Shown here in pieces: positions 28,860 to 39,022 of a stretch of 64,000 nucleotides of DNA. Numbering within the stretch: position 1 is the first letter of the stretch; every line of letters begins with the position of its first letter. Under the pieces are notes generated by a model. The model was not told the DNA's origin and made no database searches. It saw nothing but the letters and a program-made list of their open reading frames with translations. A program made the position numbers and the translations under genes. This DNA comes from an uncultured Planctomycetia bacterium (lineage in GTDB: Bacteria; Omnitrophota; Gorgyraeia; 2-02-FULL-51-18): NCBI GenBank assembly GCA_964628355.1, contig CAZVNB010000033.1:4965-68964 (forward strand), given 5' to 3'.

Positions 28860-29977
28860 CCCCACCACTGAAAACATCCAGGACTCCGCGCCGCTGGGTA
28901 CTGATGAACCCGGGACCCGTGAACGTCACGTCTCGCGTGCGCCAAGCGCTGCTTGGCCCTGATATTTGCCATCGAGAAAAAGAATTTTCGGACGTGCTTT
29001 CCAATATCCGGAGAAAAATATTGAAAATATTTGGAATCCCTAGCACACACACGGTGGCACTGATTAGCGGTTCCGGCACAGCAGCCCTGGAGTCGATGTT
29101 ATGTTCATTCGCGGAAAAAGGAAAAAAAATCCTCGTCCTGACAAACGGGGTGTACGGCGAACGTATTCGGCGCATCCTTGAAATCCATGACACCACGGTG
29201 AACGTGCTTTCAAGCGGTGCGGGAGATTTTCCCACCGACGATCAAATAGAATCTTTTTTAAAAAGAGACTCTGCAATCCATGGAATCGCCATGGTTCATC
29301 ATGAAACGTCCACTGGTATGCTGAATCCTCTACTCAGAGTATCCGAGCTGGCAAAAAAATACGACAAAACATTGCTCGTGGATGCCATAAGCTCCCTCGG
29401 GGGCGAATCCATCAACTTCAAGAACATCGGGTTCCTTGCCGGTAGCGCAGGAAAATGTCTGCACGGATATCCAGGACTTTCATTTATCATTCTCTCGAAA
29501 AAAGAAGCCAATAGGCTGGCGGAAAAAAAACCGAGATCTCTTTATCTTGACTTGCATCATATATTGGAACTGGAGGAAAAAAACGACACACCCTTTACGC
29601 CGGCCGTGCAACTTTTCTACGCATTTGATGAAGCGCTGGATGAACTTTCTGAAGAGGGCCTCCAAAATCGCCTTCATCGCTATGAGCAGAGAAGCCGCCT
29701 GCTCGAAGAGGGTTTTATGAAGCTAGGTCTTCGTTTCTTGGTGCAGAAAGAACGGCGCTCTCATGTCCTAACCGCTCTGTGGCTACCTGAACGGCTTTCT
29801 TATAAAAAACTGCATGAGGAACTCAAAAAAGCGGGATTTGTAATTTACGCCGGACAATCACGATTCTCCGAAAAAATTTTCCGCATTTCCAACCTTGGTG
29901 AGTTGTCAAAGCGCGATATTGACAGGTTTTTAGAGGAGCTGAAAAAAATCCTGCAGCGTCATTCACGCTCCGTATGA
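28841..29977 (+). CDS. Class V aminotransferase (AGXT / 2-aminoethylphosphonate-pyruvate transaminase-like)
   Basis: N-terminal LMNPGPVNVTSRVRQAL; PLP-fold length of 378 aa. Confidence 0.7.
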   Translation: MEFREMTPPLKTSRTPRRWVLMNPGPVNVTSRVRQALLGPDICHREKEFSDVLSNIRRKILKIFGIPSTHTVALISGSGTAALESMLCSFAEKGKKILVLTNGVYGERIRRILEIHDTTVNVLSSGAGDFPTDDQIESFLKRDSAIHGIAMVHHETSTGMLNPLLRVSELAKKYDKTLLVDAISSLGGESINFKNIGFLAGSAGKCLHGYPGLSFIILSKKEANRLAEKKPRSLYLDLHHILELEEKNDTPFTPAVQLFYAFDEALDELSEEGLQNRLHRYEQRSRLLEEGFMKLGLRFLVQKERRSHVLTALWLPERLSYKKLHEELKKAGFVIYAGQSRFSEKIFRISNLGELSKRDIDRFLEELKKILQRHSRSV

Positions 29978-30636
29978 GAGATCTGCGTTTAAATCGCTTT
30001 TTCTCGAGACCGCTCACCCTACTTCTTCTCAAAACGCCGCTCACACCCAATCAAATCACTTTGATCAGCCTTGCTTTCGGAGTTGTAGCCGGAGTTCTCT
30101 TCTCCAAAGGAACCTACGGATTCTCGGTCGCGGGCGCCCTCAGTTATCAATTAGCCGTCGTGCTCGACAATTGTGACGGTGAAGTCGCCCGTGCCAAAAA
30201 CAAGCGTAGCGTGATCGGAGGATGGCTCGATGTCGGCGCAGACGTTTTGACTGATATTTGCCTTTTTCTTGGAATCGGCCTGGGGATGATAAAGCAAGGT
30301 ACAAATGGTCCGGTGCGACTTTTTATGATTCTCTGTGTGATCGGATCCCTCGCGCATTTTTTTCTTGTCGTGCTCGAAAAACTAAAAGGTTTCGGCCCAG
30401 CCGTATTTGAGGCGCCCCACCCCGAACATGAAGAAAGAAAAAGCATCCTCTTGAATATTTTTGACGCATTTCGCGAGGGCGATACCTCATGGTTTGTTGT
30501 TTTTTTCGCTGGAGTCGGCCAAACATCCGTTCTTCTATGGGCAGGCGGCATTTACATGCAACTTCTTTGGATCAGTGCCACTTTTGTCAATTTCCGCTGG
30601 CTTTTTCAAAGCACATGTATCAGGAGTCAAAAGTGA
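29974..30636 (+). CDS. CDP-alcohol phosphatidyltransferase family protein
   Basis: D-x2-DGxxAR...G...D...D motif (DNCDGEVARAKNKRSVIGGWLDVGADVLTD); multi-TM. Confidence 0.8.
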   Translation: MRDLRLNRFFSRPLTLLLLKTPLTPNQITLISLAFGVVAGVLFSKGTYGFSVAGALSYQLAVVLDNCDGEVARAKNKRSVIGGWLDVGADVLTDICLFLGIGLGMIKQGTNGPVRLFMILCVIGSLAHFFLVVLEKLKGFGPAVFEAPHPEHEERKSILLNIFDAFREGDTSWFVVFFAGVGQTSVLLWAGGIYMQLLWISATFVNFRWLFQSTCIRSQK

Positions 30637-31631
30637 GGCTGTTAAAGTTTTTTCTTATTGCACTTGGATTTTACATCCTATTCATAACCGTGAAAGTGGT
30701 TGGTATGGAAAAAATCTGGCAAAATCTTTCGGGACTACGTTGGAAACTGTTGCCGCTTGTTATATTTTATCCGATTATCTTTGCATTCGACACTCTTGGT
30801 TGGAACTATGCCTTTCCGCAAAAACTTCCGAAACAGGTGCCGTTTTTTCATCTTTATTTCATCCGCATCATCGGAGAAACATTGAATGCCGTGATCCCAT
30901 TTTCTGCTTCGCTGGGAGGCGAACCTATCAAAGCAGAGCTTTTGAAACGAAAACACGGCATTCCTCTCGCGGAAGGTTACGCCTCAATTCTAATCGTTCA
31001 CACAACGTTCTGGATATCGCTCAATTTGTTCGTGATTGGCGGCATTCTCGCGACGCTCAAAACCCTCCCACTCACGCCGATCCTTTGGAACAGCGTTTTA
31101 GTGTTTTTGGTCACGCTGGGGCTCGTGGCAGTGCTTCTTATCATTGGATTGCATTTGGGAATCTTCAAACATGTTTATGCGATCGGCGACAAATGGAAAT
31201 GGTGGGGAACAATGTCGCAGGACAAAAGTCAACGGTTTCTCAAACTCGACCACCAAATAAAAAAATTTTACACCACCCACCCGAAACAATTTTTCCTTTC
31301 AATTTTTTTCAATTTCCTAGGCTGGTTTGCGGGAAGTTTCGAGGTGTATTACATCGCAAAAATTCTCGGAATGAATATCGGCTTCGCGGAAGCCTGGCTT
31401 TTGGAAGCGCTGATCCAAGTTCTTCGTATTATCACATTTTTCATTCCGTCCAGCGTCGGCGCGCAGGAAGGTGGAATCGTCCTTATTTTCTCACAGTTTG
31501 GCTTTGGAAATCCGGTCAGCTTGGCCTTTGCGCTAATCCGGCGCTTGCGTGAGATTTTGTGGATAGGGTTGGGTTTGTTTCTGTGGTCGCTGGTTGAGGA
31601 TCGACCTAAAATTCAAGCTGAACGGGTTTGA
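30612..31631 (+). CDS. Lysylphosphatidylglycerol-synthase-like transmembrane (flippase-like) domain protein
   Basis: ~8 TM segments with the layout of the UPF0104 / MprF N-terminal domain. Start taken as ATG 30612 (MYQESKVRLLKFF) or GTG 30633. Confidence 0.55.
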   Translation, partial: HMYQESKVRLLKFFLIALGFYILFITVKVVGMEKIWQNLSGLRWKLLPLVIFYPIIFAFDTLGWNYAFPQKLPKQVPFFHLYFIRIIGETLNAVIPFSASLGGEPIKAELLKRKHGIPLAEGYASILIVHTTFWISLNLFVIGGILATLKTLPLTPILWNSVLVFLVTLGLVAVLLIIGLHLGIFKHVYAIGDKWKWWGTMSQDKSQRFLKLDHQIKKFYTTHPKQFFLSIFFNFLGWFAGSFEVYYIAKILGMNIGFAEAWLLEALIQVLRIITFFIPSSVGAQEGGIVLIFSQFGFGNPVSLAFALIRRLREILWIGLGLFLWSLVEDRPKIQAERV

Positions 31632-32506
31632 AGGTCCGCGATTTGCCCGTCTTTGCTTAGATTATCCTGAATCAGTAACTCGGCGCGGCCGCTGAGTTCT
31701 TTATTTTTATTTTCCAATTCCTTAATTCGATATTCCATCTCGTCAATTTTTTCACGGCCCGCATTGCGCCAGCCGATGTTTTGCTGCTTGAGCTCTTCAA
31801 TTTTATCTTCATAATCTTGTTTTAAGCTCGCTGCTTTTTTAAAAAGTTCATCGCGCTCCGCTTGCACTGCAGCCAATTCCATCCGCGAATCCTGCCCGTT
31901 CTTCTCGGCCTGTTTCCTGGATTCAACACGCATTTTACCGTAATAGGCCGATAGACTTCCATAGCCGGCACCAATCAAAATCACGGCCAAAAGCACGGGC
32001 CACCAAAAACTGAGTGTTTTGGGCGTGCGTTCCGTGCGAAGCTGTTGACTCAAATACGAATAAACATTTTTGATTTGTCCGTTAGTCTGTTCGTGGGCAT
32101 CTTGGATAAACTTACGATCCGCCGCGGGAGGGGATGAACGCTGGCTGAGAATTCCTTTGATCTCGGCAAGTTCACGGTTTACTTTTGCGAGATTTTCGTG
32201 ACTTGCCTTGAGCGCAGCGATTTTCTTAAGGAATTCGTCTCCCTCTGCCAGAAAAGCGCACACTTTATCCCATTCGGCAAAAGCGCGGGGCCATTCTTTT
32301 TTGATGTAATAGTTTCTGGCACGTGACAAACATTCTTCAATGATCTGCTCACGATTTTTTAAAGAATCGATTGGATTATTTTCCTGCTGCTGGGACTTTT
32401 GGGTCTCCGTCTCAAGTTCCCGTTGAATCAAAGAAAGGGTTCTCTCAAGCTCCGCCGCAGGCTGGAATTGAGGGACGTTTGACAGAGTCTCTTGTGTGTC
32501 GCTCAT
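31613..32506 (-). CDS. Coiled-coil membrane protein, hypothetical
   Basis: ORF with long heptad-rich segments and one TM segment (WWPVLLAVILIGAGYG). Confidence 0.4.
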   Translation of the reverse strand: MSDTQETLSNVPQFQPAAELERTLSLIQRELETETQKSQQQENNPIDSLKNREQIIEECLSRARNYYIKKEWPRAFAEWDKVCAFLAEGDEFLKKIAALKASHENLAKVNRELAEIKGILSQRSSPPAADRKFIQDAHEQTNGQIKNVYSYLSQQLRTERTPKTLSFWWPVLLAVILIGAGYGSLSAYYGKMRVESRKQAEKNGQDSRMELAAVQAERDELFKKAASLKQDYEDKIEELKQQNIGWRNAGREKIDEMEYRIKELENKNKELSGRAELLIQDNLSKDGQIADLQTRSA

Positions 32507-32586
32507 AAGGGGACTGGAGGCCGCACGTTAGTGCTAGAGTAACTGAAACAGCCGCACGTTTCAAGAAAATTGAGTCTTTGAAGTTT

Positions 32587-33897
32587 TTAAAACTTTCGGC
32601 GGTCAACCAGGCGTGAAAGTTTGCGGCCCTTCCGTAGGCTGCCTTTTTGAAAAATTTTGACGTCCAGTTTGCAAAGATCCATCTGGTATAAATTCCAGGC
32701 GTCTGGAAGATGTGATTGAAGGCCGGTAAAGATATTTTCTTTGATTTCTTGATCGCTTTTTCCGTTCGTCGATTCGACATGCAATTCAACAAGGTCTTTA
32801 TTTCCTTCTTTATCGACTACAATTTGCCAATCCTCCCCGAGTCCCGGTACGCTGCCCAATACCGGTTCGAACATCCAGGGAGCCAGATTGCCAAATCCCG
32901 TGGCCGTCCATTCATTCACGCGGCCTTTTAGTTTTTCAATGCGACGTCCCGGCAAACCGGCTTTAGACCTTCCTTCGATAAAACGCGTGATATCCCCGGA
33001 TTTATAACGAACCAGCGGCATCACACGGCGATTGAGCGTCGTGTAAACCAGCTCTCCATAACCCTCTTGGTTCCGATTCACTATTTCGAATAAATTGTGA
33101 AATTCATTCAAATGATAACCATCTTTCGCGCGCGACTCCATGCCGATCGCGCCAAACGCCTCCGTCTGTCCATAACTCAAAATAAAATCCGCTTTCCATA
33201 CCCCTTCGATATATCGGCGCGTCTGGTCCATCATATTTTCACCGCCGCCTATCATGAGTTTGATCGGCCAAGCGCCTTTTTTTTCGGCGATTTCCGTGAC
33301 GGCCAGCAACCACGAAGGATCTCCCACGATCACGCTGACACGATAATCCAAAAGACGGTCATAGAATTCCAAGGGGGAAATGCGTCCTGCTTCCACATGA
33401 AAACAATCAAGCACCTTGCAAGAAGCCGTAAGCACCGGTCCCGACACCCAAAAAGAGTAATCAAAAGAGCTGACCACACGGTCTTCAGGCCTCACGCCAA
33501 TACCCCATAAACCCACAGCACCGGCCCATCCCGCGTCCTCGATTTCATTCCTTGAAAAATAAACCCTTTTTGGTTTCTTGGAAGTCGTGCCCGTAGTCTC
33601 GTAGGCAGTGTCCGGACGCATACAAATAAATTCTTCCGGATTTTCCCGAATATCCTCGGCTGTCGTGAAAAAATCACCAAGATCCTCTGGTGATTTTACT
33701 TGGGCTACATCGATAGACCGCTCTTTAAATTTCCTCTTGTAAAACTTCGAATGCCGCGCAACAAACTGAATGGTTTTCCTGAAATTACTCTCTTCCATTT
33801 TTTTAAAAAGATTCGGCGGAAGTTTTGTGTAAAGATAAAAACCTTTTTCAGCGGAATTCCCGAATGGAATTTTATTGATGAGCGAAGCGATCGACAT
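32587..33897 (-). CDS. PaaK / coenzyme F390 synthetase-like adenylate-forming enzyme (aryl/acyl-CoA or acyl-ACP ligase)
   Basis: AMP-binding motif TTGTTSKKPKRVYFS; PaaK-family size (436 aa). Confidence 0.65.
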   Translation of the reverse strand: MSIASLINKIPFGNSAEKGFYLYTKLPPNLFKKMEESNFRKTIQFVARHSKFYKRKFKERSIDVAQVKSPEDLGDFFTTAEDIRENPEEFICMRPDTAYETTGTTSKKPKRVYFSRNEIEDAGWAGAVGLWGIGVRPEDRVVSSFDYSFWVSGPVLTASCKVLDCFHVEAGRISPLEFYDRLLDYRVSVIVGDPSWLLAVTEIAEKKGAWPIKLMIGGGENMMDQTRRYIEGVWKADFILSYGQTEAFGAIGMESRAKDGYHLNEFHNLFEIVNRNQEGYGELVYTTLNRRVMPLVRYKSGDITRFIEGRSKAGLPGRRIEKLKGRVNEWTATGFGNLAPWMFEPVLGSVPGLGEDWQIVVDKEGNKDLVELHVESTNGKSDQEIKENIFTGLQSHLPDAWNLYQMDLCKLDVKIFQKGSLRKGRKLSRLVDRRKF

Positions 33898-33900
33898 GCC

Positions 33901-35295
33901 TTAACGTCCTATCCTTTCTCTTGCGCATCTTTTAATTAATTGTTCGAACAAATCAGCGGCCAAATCCATTTCTGCTTCCGTAATGTCAAAACACGGCGCG
34001 ATCGTAAACACATTTTTGTAATAACCACCCACATCAAGCACTAGGCCGATTTTTTTTCCTTGAAAGTCTTTTAAATTACCTTTCATGCCCTCGGCGAATA
34101 TTTTATCCGCCAAGTTCCGATCAGGCGCATAGCCGTCCGCTTGCACGATTTCCATGCGCAGGGCAAGACCGATCCCGTCCACGTCCCCGATCACCTTGGG
34201 GTATTTTTTCTTCAACTTCTTAAGACGTGCCAGCAAAGATTTCCCTTTTTGCGTGACTGATTTTTCATAATCTTTTTCTTCCAACATTTTCATGAGCTCC
34301 AGGCCCACGGCTGTGCCGAGCGTGTTGGATGAAAACGTCGAATGAGTCGAGCCGGGAGGAAAAATTTTCGGCTGAATTAACTCTTCTTTCGCCCAGATTC
34401 CCGAAAGCGGATTTAGGCCATTCGTCAGCGCTTTGCCAAACACCACGATATCGGGCACAACATTGAAATTGGCCATCGACCATAATTTTCCGGCACGGTG
34501 AAAACCCATTTGAATTTCATCGTCCACCAAAAGAATTTTATGTCGATCAAGAATCTTCTTCAACATCGGAAAGTATTCTTTCGGCGGAATGACATACCCG
34601 CCGGTTCCCTGAATTGATTCGACGTAAAAAGCTCCGTACTCGGACTGGCCGGTTTTGGTGTCCAGCACGCCGTTGTACTCCGTCTCAAATAATTTCTCAA
34701 ACTGCTTCACACAGTACATTTTGCAATCAGGATATTTTTTATCATACGGACAGCGATAGCAATAAGGATATGGCACGAATTGAGCGCGATCCGAAAAGTG
34801 GCCGTAGCGACGACGGTAACGATAGCTTGACGTAATCGCCGAAGCACCCAACGTGCGGCCGTGATAACCACCCATAAATGCAAATACGAGGTTTTTGTGT
34901 GTATGATTTCGAACAAGTTTCAATGAATCCTCAACGGCCTGCGCACCGCCAACGTTGAAATGGACACGGCCTTTCTCCCCAAAAAGACGCTCCATGGACT
35001 TTGCGATTTTTTCGGCAAGCTCCACTTTTTCTTCATGTAGGTACTGGCAGGCCAACTGCGGCAGCTTGTCTATTTGTTTTTTGAGTGCCTGGCCAAGCCG
35101 CGGATTGGCATAACCAAAACTGGCCGCCGAATACCACATCTGTAAATCCAAAAATCGCATTCCCTGCCGGTCATAAAGATAACTTCCTTCACAGCGGTCA
35201 AAAAACTTCGGCGGTTCCAAATAATGCACGGTATCGCCGTATGAACAGTATTTACTCTCTTTTTCTAAAAGTTTTTTTTCATGAGCATCCATCGA
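33901..35295 (-). CDS. Class III (omega) aminotransferase
   Basis: PLP fold-type I AT-III; LVDDEIQMGFHRAGKLWS (DEIQ motif) and FGKALTNG (Lys in the GKAL context). Likely start MDAHEKKLL. Confidence 0.75.
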   Translation of the reverse strand, partial: SMDAHEKKLLEKESKYCSYGDTVHYLEPPKFFDRCEGSYLYDRQGMRFLDLQMWYSAASFGYANPRLGQALKKQIDKLPQLACQYLHEEKVELAEKIAKSMERLFGEKGRVHFNVGGAQAVEDSLKLVRNHTHKNLVFAFMGGYHGRTLGASAITSSYRYRRRYGHFSDRAQFVPYPYCYRCPYDKKYPDCKMYCVKQFEKLFETEYNGVLDTKTGQSEYGAFYVESIQGTGGYVIPPKEYFPMLKKILDRHKILLVDDEIQMGFHRAGKLWSMANFNVVPDIVVFGKALTNGLNPLSGIWAKEELIQPKIFPPGSTHSTFSSNTLGTAVGLELMKMLEEKDYEKSVTQKGKSLLARLKKLKKKYPKVIGDVDGIGLALRMEIVQADGYAPDRNLADKIFAEGMKGNLKDFQGKKIGLVLDVGGYYKNVFTIAPCFDITEAEMDLAADLFEQLIKRCARERIGR

Positions 35296-35324
35296 AAGAC
35301 CTTTCTTGAAAAGAAAAATTCCAT

Positions 35325-36017
35325 TTAAGAACGAACAAAACGTGTTTTTTTTAGCAGAGGGTGATTTTCCGCTAACCATTCCTCCACTTTTTTGAAATCC
35401 TTATAAGCTATGTGATCAATCGCATTTTCGCGGCAATGGTCCAACAACTTTCCCTTCGCAAACGTTAGGTGGGCCTGCTCAGCGGCATAACGGTCGGAGA
35501 ATCCGTCTCCGACAAAAAAAATGTGGTCATCCACAGACGTGATTTTTTTTATGAGAAGCGCCTTGCAATTAGCGCAGCCATGCACACAAGGCGCTTCGGT
35601 GCCAAAAATCACCTCAAAACCCGATTTAGTTTTTTGAAGTTTGTTGGAATAGATTGGAAGTCCCTTTAATAAACCGGGTTTTTCCTGCAAGTTGTTTTTC
35701 AACACCTGCTCAATGAAAACATCAAAACCGTCACTGACAATAGTGACAAGCACTCCGAGCTCCTCAGCTTTTTTAAGAAACGACACAAAATACGGATCCA
35801 ATTTGACTTTCGAAACCGTAGACCATAGCTCCTGGGGTGTGGCTTGGACTAATTTGATTTGACGCGATAAGCACTCACGCGAACCGATCCGACCAGCCAG
35901 CCATTCTTTTTCAACATCCTTCCAGGCTTTGTCGGCGAAACGTTCGAGCACCAAGTCTACGACGTCGTCCGCCGCGATGGTGCCGTCAAAATCCAAAAAA
36001 AAGTGTATGGTTTTCAA
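35325..36017 (-). CDS. HAD-superfamily phosphatase (subfamily IB / MtnX-like)
   Basis: Motif I FLDFDGTI, a downstream SDGF, and GDGFSD. Confidence 0.7.
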   Translation of the reverse strand: MKTIHFFLDFDGTIAADDVVDLVLERFADKAWKDVEKEWLAGRIGSRECLSRQIKLVQATPQELWSTVSKVKLDPYFVSFLKKAEELGVLVTIVSDGFDVFIEQVLKNNLQEKPGLLKGLPIYSNKLQKTKSGFEVIFGTEAPCVHGCANCKALLIKKITSVDDHIFFVGDGFSDRYAAEQAHLTFAKGKLLDHCRENAIDHIAYKDFKKVEEWLAENHPLLKKTRFVRS

Positions 36018-37294
36018 ACCTGTCTCACAATCAGAGTAATATTCTGGCCACCAAACCCAAACGAATTGCTTAAAATTGTTTTCACTTTCTGCCGGCGTGC
36101 CACGTTCGGCACGTAATCCAAGTCGCAGGAGTCATCGGGTGTTTCATAATTAATCGTGGCAGGAATCACACCCTGGCGAATCGTCAAAACACTTGCGATA
36201 AGTTCAACCGCGCCTGCCGCCGCAATCATATGCCCCAACATGGACTTGATCGAACTCATTGGAATTTTTTTAGCATTGATGCCAAAAACTTTTTTCACCG
36301 AATGAGTTTCAATTTGGTCGTTTAATTGCGTGGAAGTGCCATGAGCATTGATATAATCAATGTCCTTTGAACTCAACCGGGCGTCGCAAAGCGCCGCACA
36401 CATGGCCTGTATCGCGCCGCGGCCTTCCGGGTGCGGATCCGTGAGACGATAGGCGTCGGCACTGCCACCGTAACCGGCGAGTTCTGCCAAAATAGTCGCT
36501 TTTCTTTTTTGGGCATGTTCGAGACTTTCCAAAATCAAAACCCCGGCGCCCTCTGATAAAACAAACCCATCCCGATTTTTATCAAAGGGTCTTGAGGCTT
36601 TTTGTGGCGCATCATTTCGAGTGGAAAGTGCGGTCAGTAAATTGAAACCCGCCAGCCCCAGAGGGTGAATCATGGAATGAGCGCCGCCCGTGATCATCAC
36701 GTCCGCATCTCCGCGACGGATAATCTCAGCCGCCTCGCCAATGGCTTGGCTGGAGGCCGCACAAGCAGTCAAGCAATTCGAAACAACCCCTTGCGCATTG
36801 AACGCTTGCGACAAATGATTGACGACTTGAAATGGTTCCTGTTCCAAAAGTTTCTGCGGATTGATGCGCAACAAACTGTTGGACAAATACCGCGACGGAC
36901 TAACCGACTCGTTTTCCTCGAGCGAATCCACCAAAATAGACGCATATTCTTCGAAATCAAATCCCCCATCGCCGGCCCCGAAATACACGCCTACGCGAGC
37001 CGGATCCAAGCGATGATTTTCAAGACCAGCCTGGTGGAGAGCTTCGCCAGCTGCTTCCAGGGCAAATAAACTATTGCGTCCGAGTTTTGTTTCTGTTTTT
37101 TGCCAACGGGAAAAATTAGCTTTTTTTACTTCGCCGGCAATTTTTGTAGGAAAACTTTCAGCATTAAAAAGGGTGATGCGCCCAATGCCGGATTTTCCTT
37201 CACAAAGTGCCTTCCAAGTATCGCGCACATTATTGCCCAAGGGCGTCAGCGCTCCCATTCCTGTAATGACCGCGCGGTTAGACATATTTTTCAT
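36014..37294 (-). CDS. Beta-ketoacyl-ACP synthase II-type ketosynthase, catalytically competent
   Basis: Active-site Cys in CLTACAASS, then HGTSTQLND and GHMIAAAG (Cys-His-His triad). Confidence 0.85.
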   Translation of the reverse strand: MKNMSNRAVITGMGALTPLGNNVRDTWKALCEGKSGIGRITLFNAESFPTKIAGEVKKANFSRWQKTETKLGRNSLFALEAAGEALHQAGLENHRLDPARVGVYFGAGDGGFDFEEYASILVDSLEENESVSPSRYLSNSLLRINPQKLLEQEPFQVVNHLSQAFNAQGVVSNCLTACAASSQAIGEAAEIIRRGDADVMITGGAHSMIHPLGLAGFNLLTALSTRNDAPQKASRPFDKNRDGFVLSEGAGVLILESLEHAQKRKATILAELAGYGGSADAYRLTDPHPEGRGAIQAMCAALCDARLSSKDIDYINAHGTSTQLNDQIETHSVKKVFGINAKKIPMSSIKSMLGHMIAAAGAVELIASVLTIRQGVIPATINYETPDDSCDLDYVPNVARRQKVKTILSNSFGFGGQNITLIVRQV

Positions 37295-37295
37295 T

Positions 37296-38543
37296 TTATT
37301 TTCCTGAATAAATTTTAGTAATAATGGAAACGGCCTGGCCGTTAAAACCAAAAGCATTTGTCATCGCATATGACATCTGTTTTTTAAGCGCATTTCCAGA
37401 AACTATTTGAAAGCCCCAGTCACGCTCTGATTTCGAAAAATTTGCAACCGCCGGAATCATTTGATGCTGCAGTGCAAGTGTCGACACAATCAAATCCAGC
37501 GATCCCGCCGAAAAGCCGGTAAAACCGGTAATGGGTTTGGATGCGCTGACAAATAAATTTTTACCGGTGCCATTAAAAACCTCGGAAATCGCCTGCGCCT
37601 CACGTCGATCCTCGTCTTTTAAACCGAGACCCGTTGCCTGTAAATAATGAACATCCGAAGCCTTAAGACCGGCCTCTTTTATCGCCGCTTCCATTGCTTT
37701 TTTTCTTCCACAGTTCGATGCAGAACCAAATCCCATCACTTCCGCGTAAATTTTCGCGCCTCTTTTTTTGGCATGCTCCAGCTCTTCCAAAAGCAAAAAA
37801 CCGGCACCCTCGCCCACCACAAACCCATTTGCTGCGGCATCAAATGGACGAAAATTTGCGCTACCCGTGTGATTGAGAGCTCCCAGCAGCTGATACTGCG
37901 ACATCCCGACGGGATTCACTTTGGATTCGGCTCCGCCGGCCAACATGAGATCCGCACCTCCTCGCTCGATAATGCGAAAAGCTTCTCCCACCGCCTGCAA
38001 TCCCGCCGAAGCTCCCGTCGTAATGGTGTTGTTCATCCCCTGCAAATCAAACAAAATAGAAATATGACAAGCAGACATGTTTGGCAAATATTTGAGCAGC
38101 CACAGAGGAAATAACGTTGAAAGTCCGCTGTCTCCGAACCGCGCCAGATTCATTTTTCCTGAATCATCCAGCGAATTTTGAACGCTGTAGGCCAACTCAT
38201 CCAACTCGTGATTTAAAACACCCGATCCTACGATCACGCCAAAACGTTCATGATTAAAAGACCAGGTCTCTACGTTGGAATCATCGATCGCAAGGCGCGC
38301 GCCGGCCACAGCCAATTGAATATCGCGCGCCATGACCTTGAGAGCTTTCTTCTGTGTCACGTATTTTTCAGGGGAAAAGTCGCGAATCACGGCCGCCAAA
38401 ACTTTGCGTTCGTACGATCCGCCAAATTCATCCAAAAAACTTATCCCGGAGCGACCTTCGATTGCCGCGGCCCAAAGAGCGTCAGTTCCTTCTCCAACAG
38501 CCGTGATCGCTCCCAATCCCGTAATAACCACGCTTTTTTTCAA
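37296..38543 (-). CDS. KAS-like protein lacking the catalytic triad (chain-length-factor-like partner)
   Basis: Thiolase fold, but ITTGASAG replaces TACSS (Cys to Ala), LQATGLG replaces HGT (His to Gln), and the second His is absent (ITGFTG). Confidence 0.8.
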   Translation of the reverse strand: MKKSVVITGLGAITAVGEGTDALWAAAIEGRSGISFLDEFGGSYERKVLAAVIRDFSPEKYVTQKKALKVMARDIQLAVAGARLAIDDSNVETWSFNHERFGVIVGSGVLNHELDELAYSVQNSLDDSGKMNLARFGDSGLSTLFPLWLLKYLPNMSACHISILFDLQGMNNTITTGASAGLQAVGEAFRIIERGGADLMLAGGAESKVNPVGMSQYQLLGALNHTGSANFRPFDAAANGFVVGEGAGFLLLEELEHAKKRGAKIYAEVMGFGSASNCGRKKAMEAAIKEAGLKASDVHYLQATGLGLKDEDRREAQAISEVFNGTGKNLFVSASKPITGFTGFSAGSLDLIVSTLALQHQMIPAVANFSKSERDWGFQIVSGNALKKQMSYAMTNAFGFNGQAVSIITKIYSGK

Positions 38544-39022
38544 ATGACGATTCCTTCACTTTTTTTTGCGATTTTATAAACGTCATAGTGGTTTAAAAAA
38601 TGATCGTTAAAAACCACTGTTTTGTCCGATGAACCCGTTAAGGGGTCCATCGTGACCAAAAGCATTCTCGCCGTCGCGATACATTCGCTCCCCTGCTTTA
38701 CCTCACCGGAAATCCAAGCGCCTTCTTCACGCTCATTTTCGATGCGCGCCACAATCGTCAATTGACAAGGCGGTAGCACTGTTTTTTCGAAGCGCGCCAT
38801 CTCTATTTTTGCCAAAATAACCTCTTTTTTGAAATCAGTTCCCAAACCAAATAAAACGCCGCCAGCCTGCGCGATCATTTCAATAAAGAGTGGTTCCGGC
38901 ACACGCGGATGTCCCGGTTCATGTTCAGCAAAAAAATCCTCATTCCCATCAAAAGCTTTGATGGCTCTTGAAAAATCACCTTTCTTGAGCACCTCGAAAC
39001 GATCGACTAAATCCCAGCGCAT
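38540..39022 (-). CDS. Hotdog-fold 3-hydroxyacyl-ACP dehydratase (FabA/FabZ-like)
   Basis: HEPGHPRVPEPLFIEMIAQAG resembles the FabZ His-containing motif; 160 aa. Confidence 0.6.
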   Translation of the reverse strand: MRWDLVDRFEVLKKGDFSRAIKAFDGNEDFFAEHEPGHPRVPEPLFIEMIAQAGGVLFGLGTDFKKEVILAKIEMARFEKTVLPPCQLTIVARIENEREEGAWISGEVKQGSECIATARMLLVTMDPLTGSSDKTVVFNDHFLNHYDVYKIAKKSEGIVI

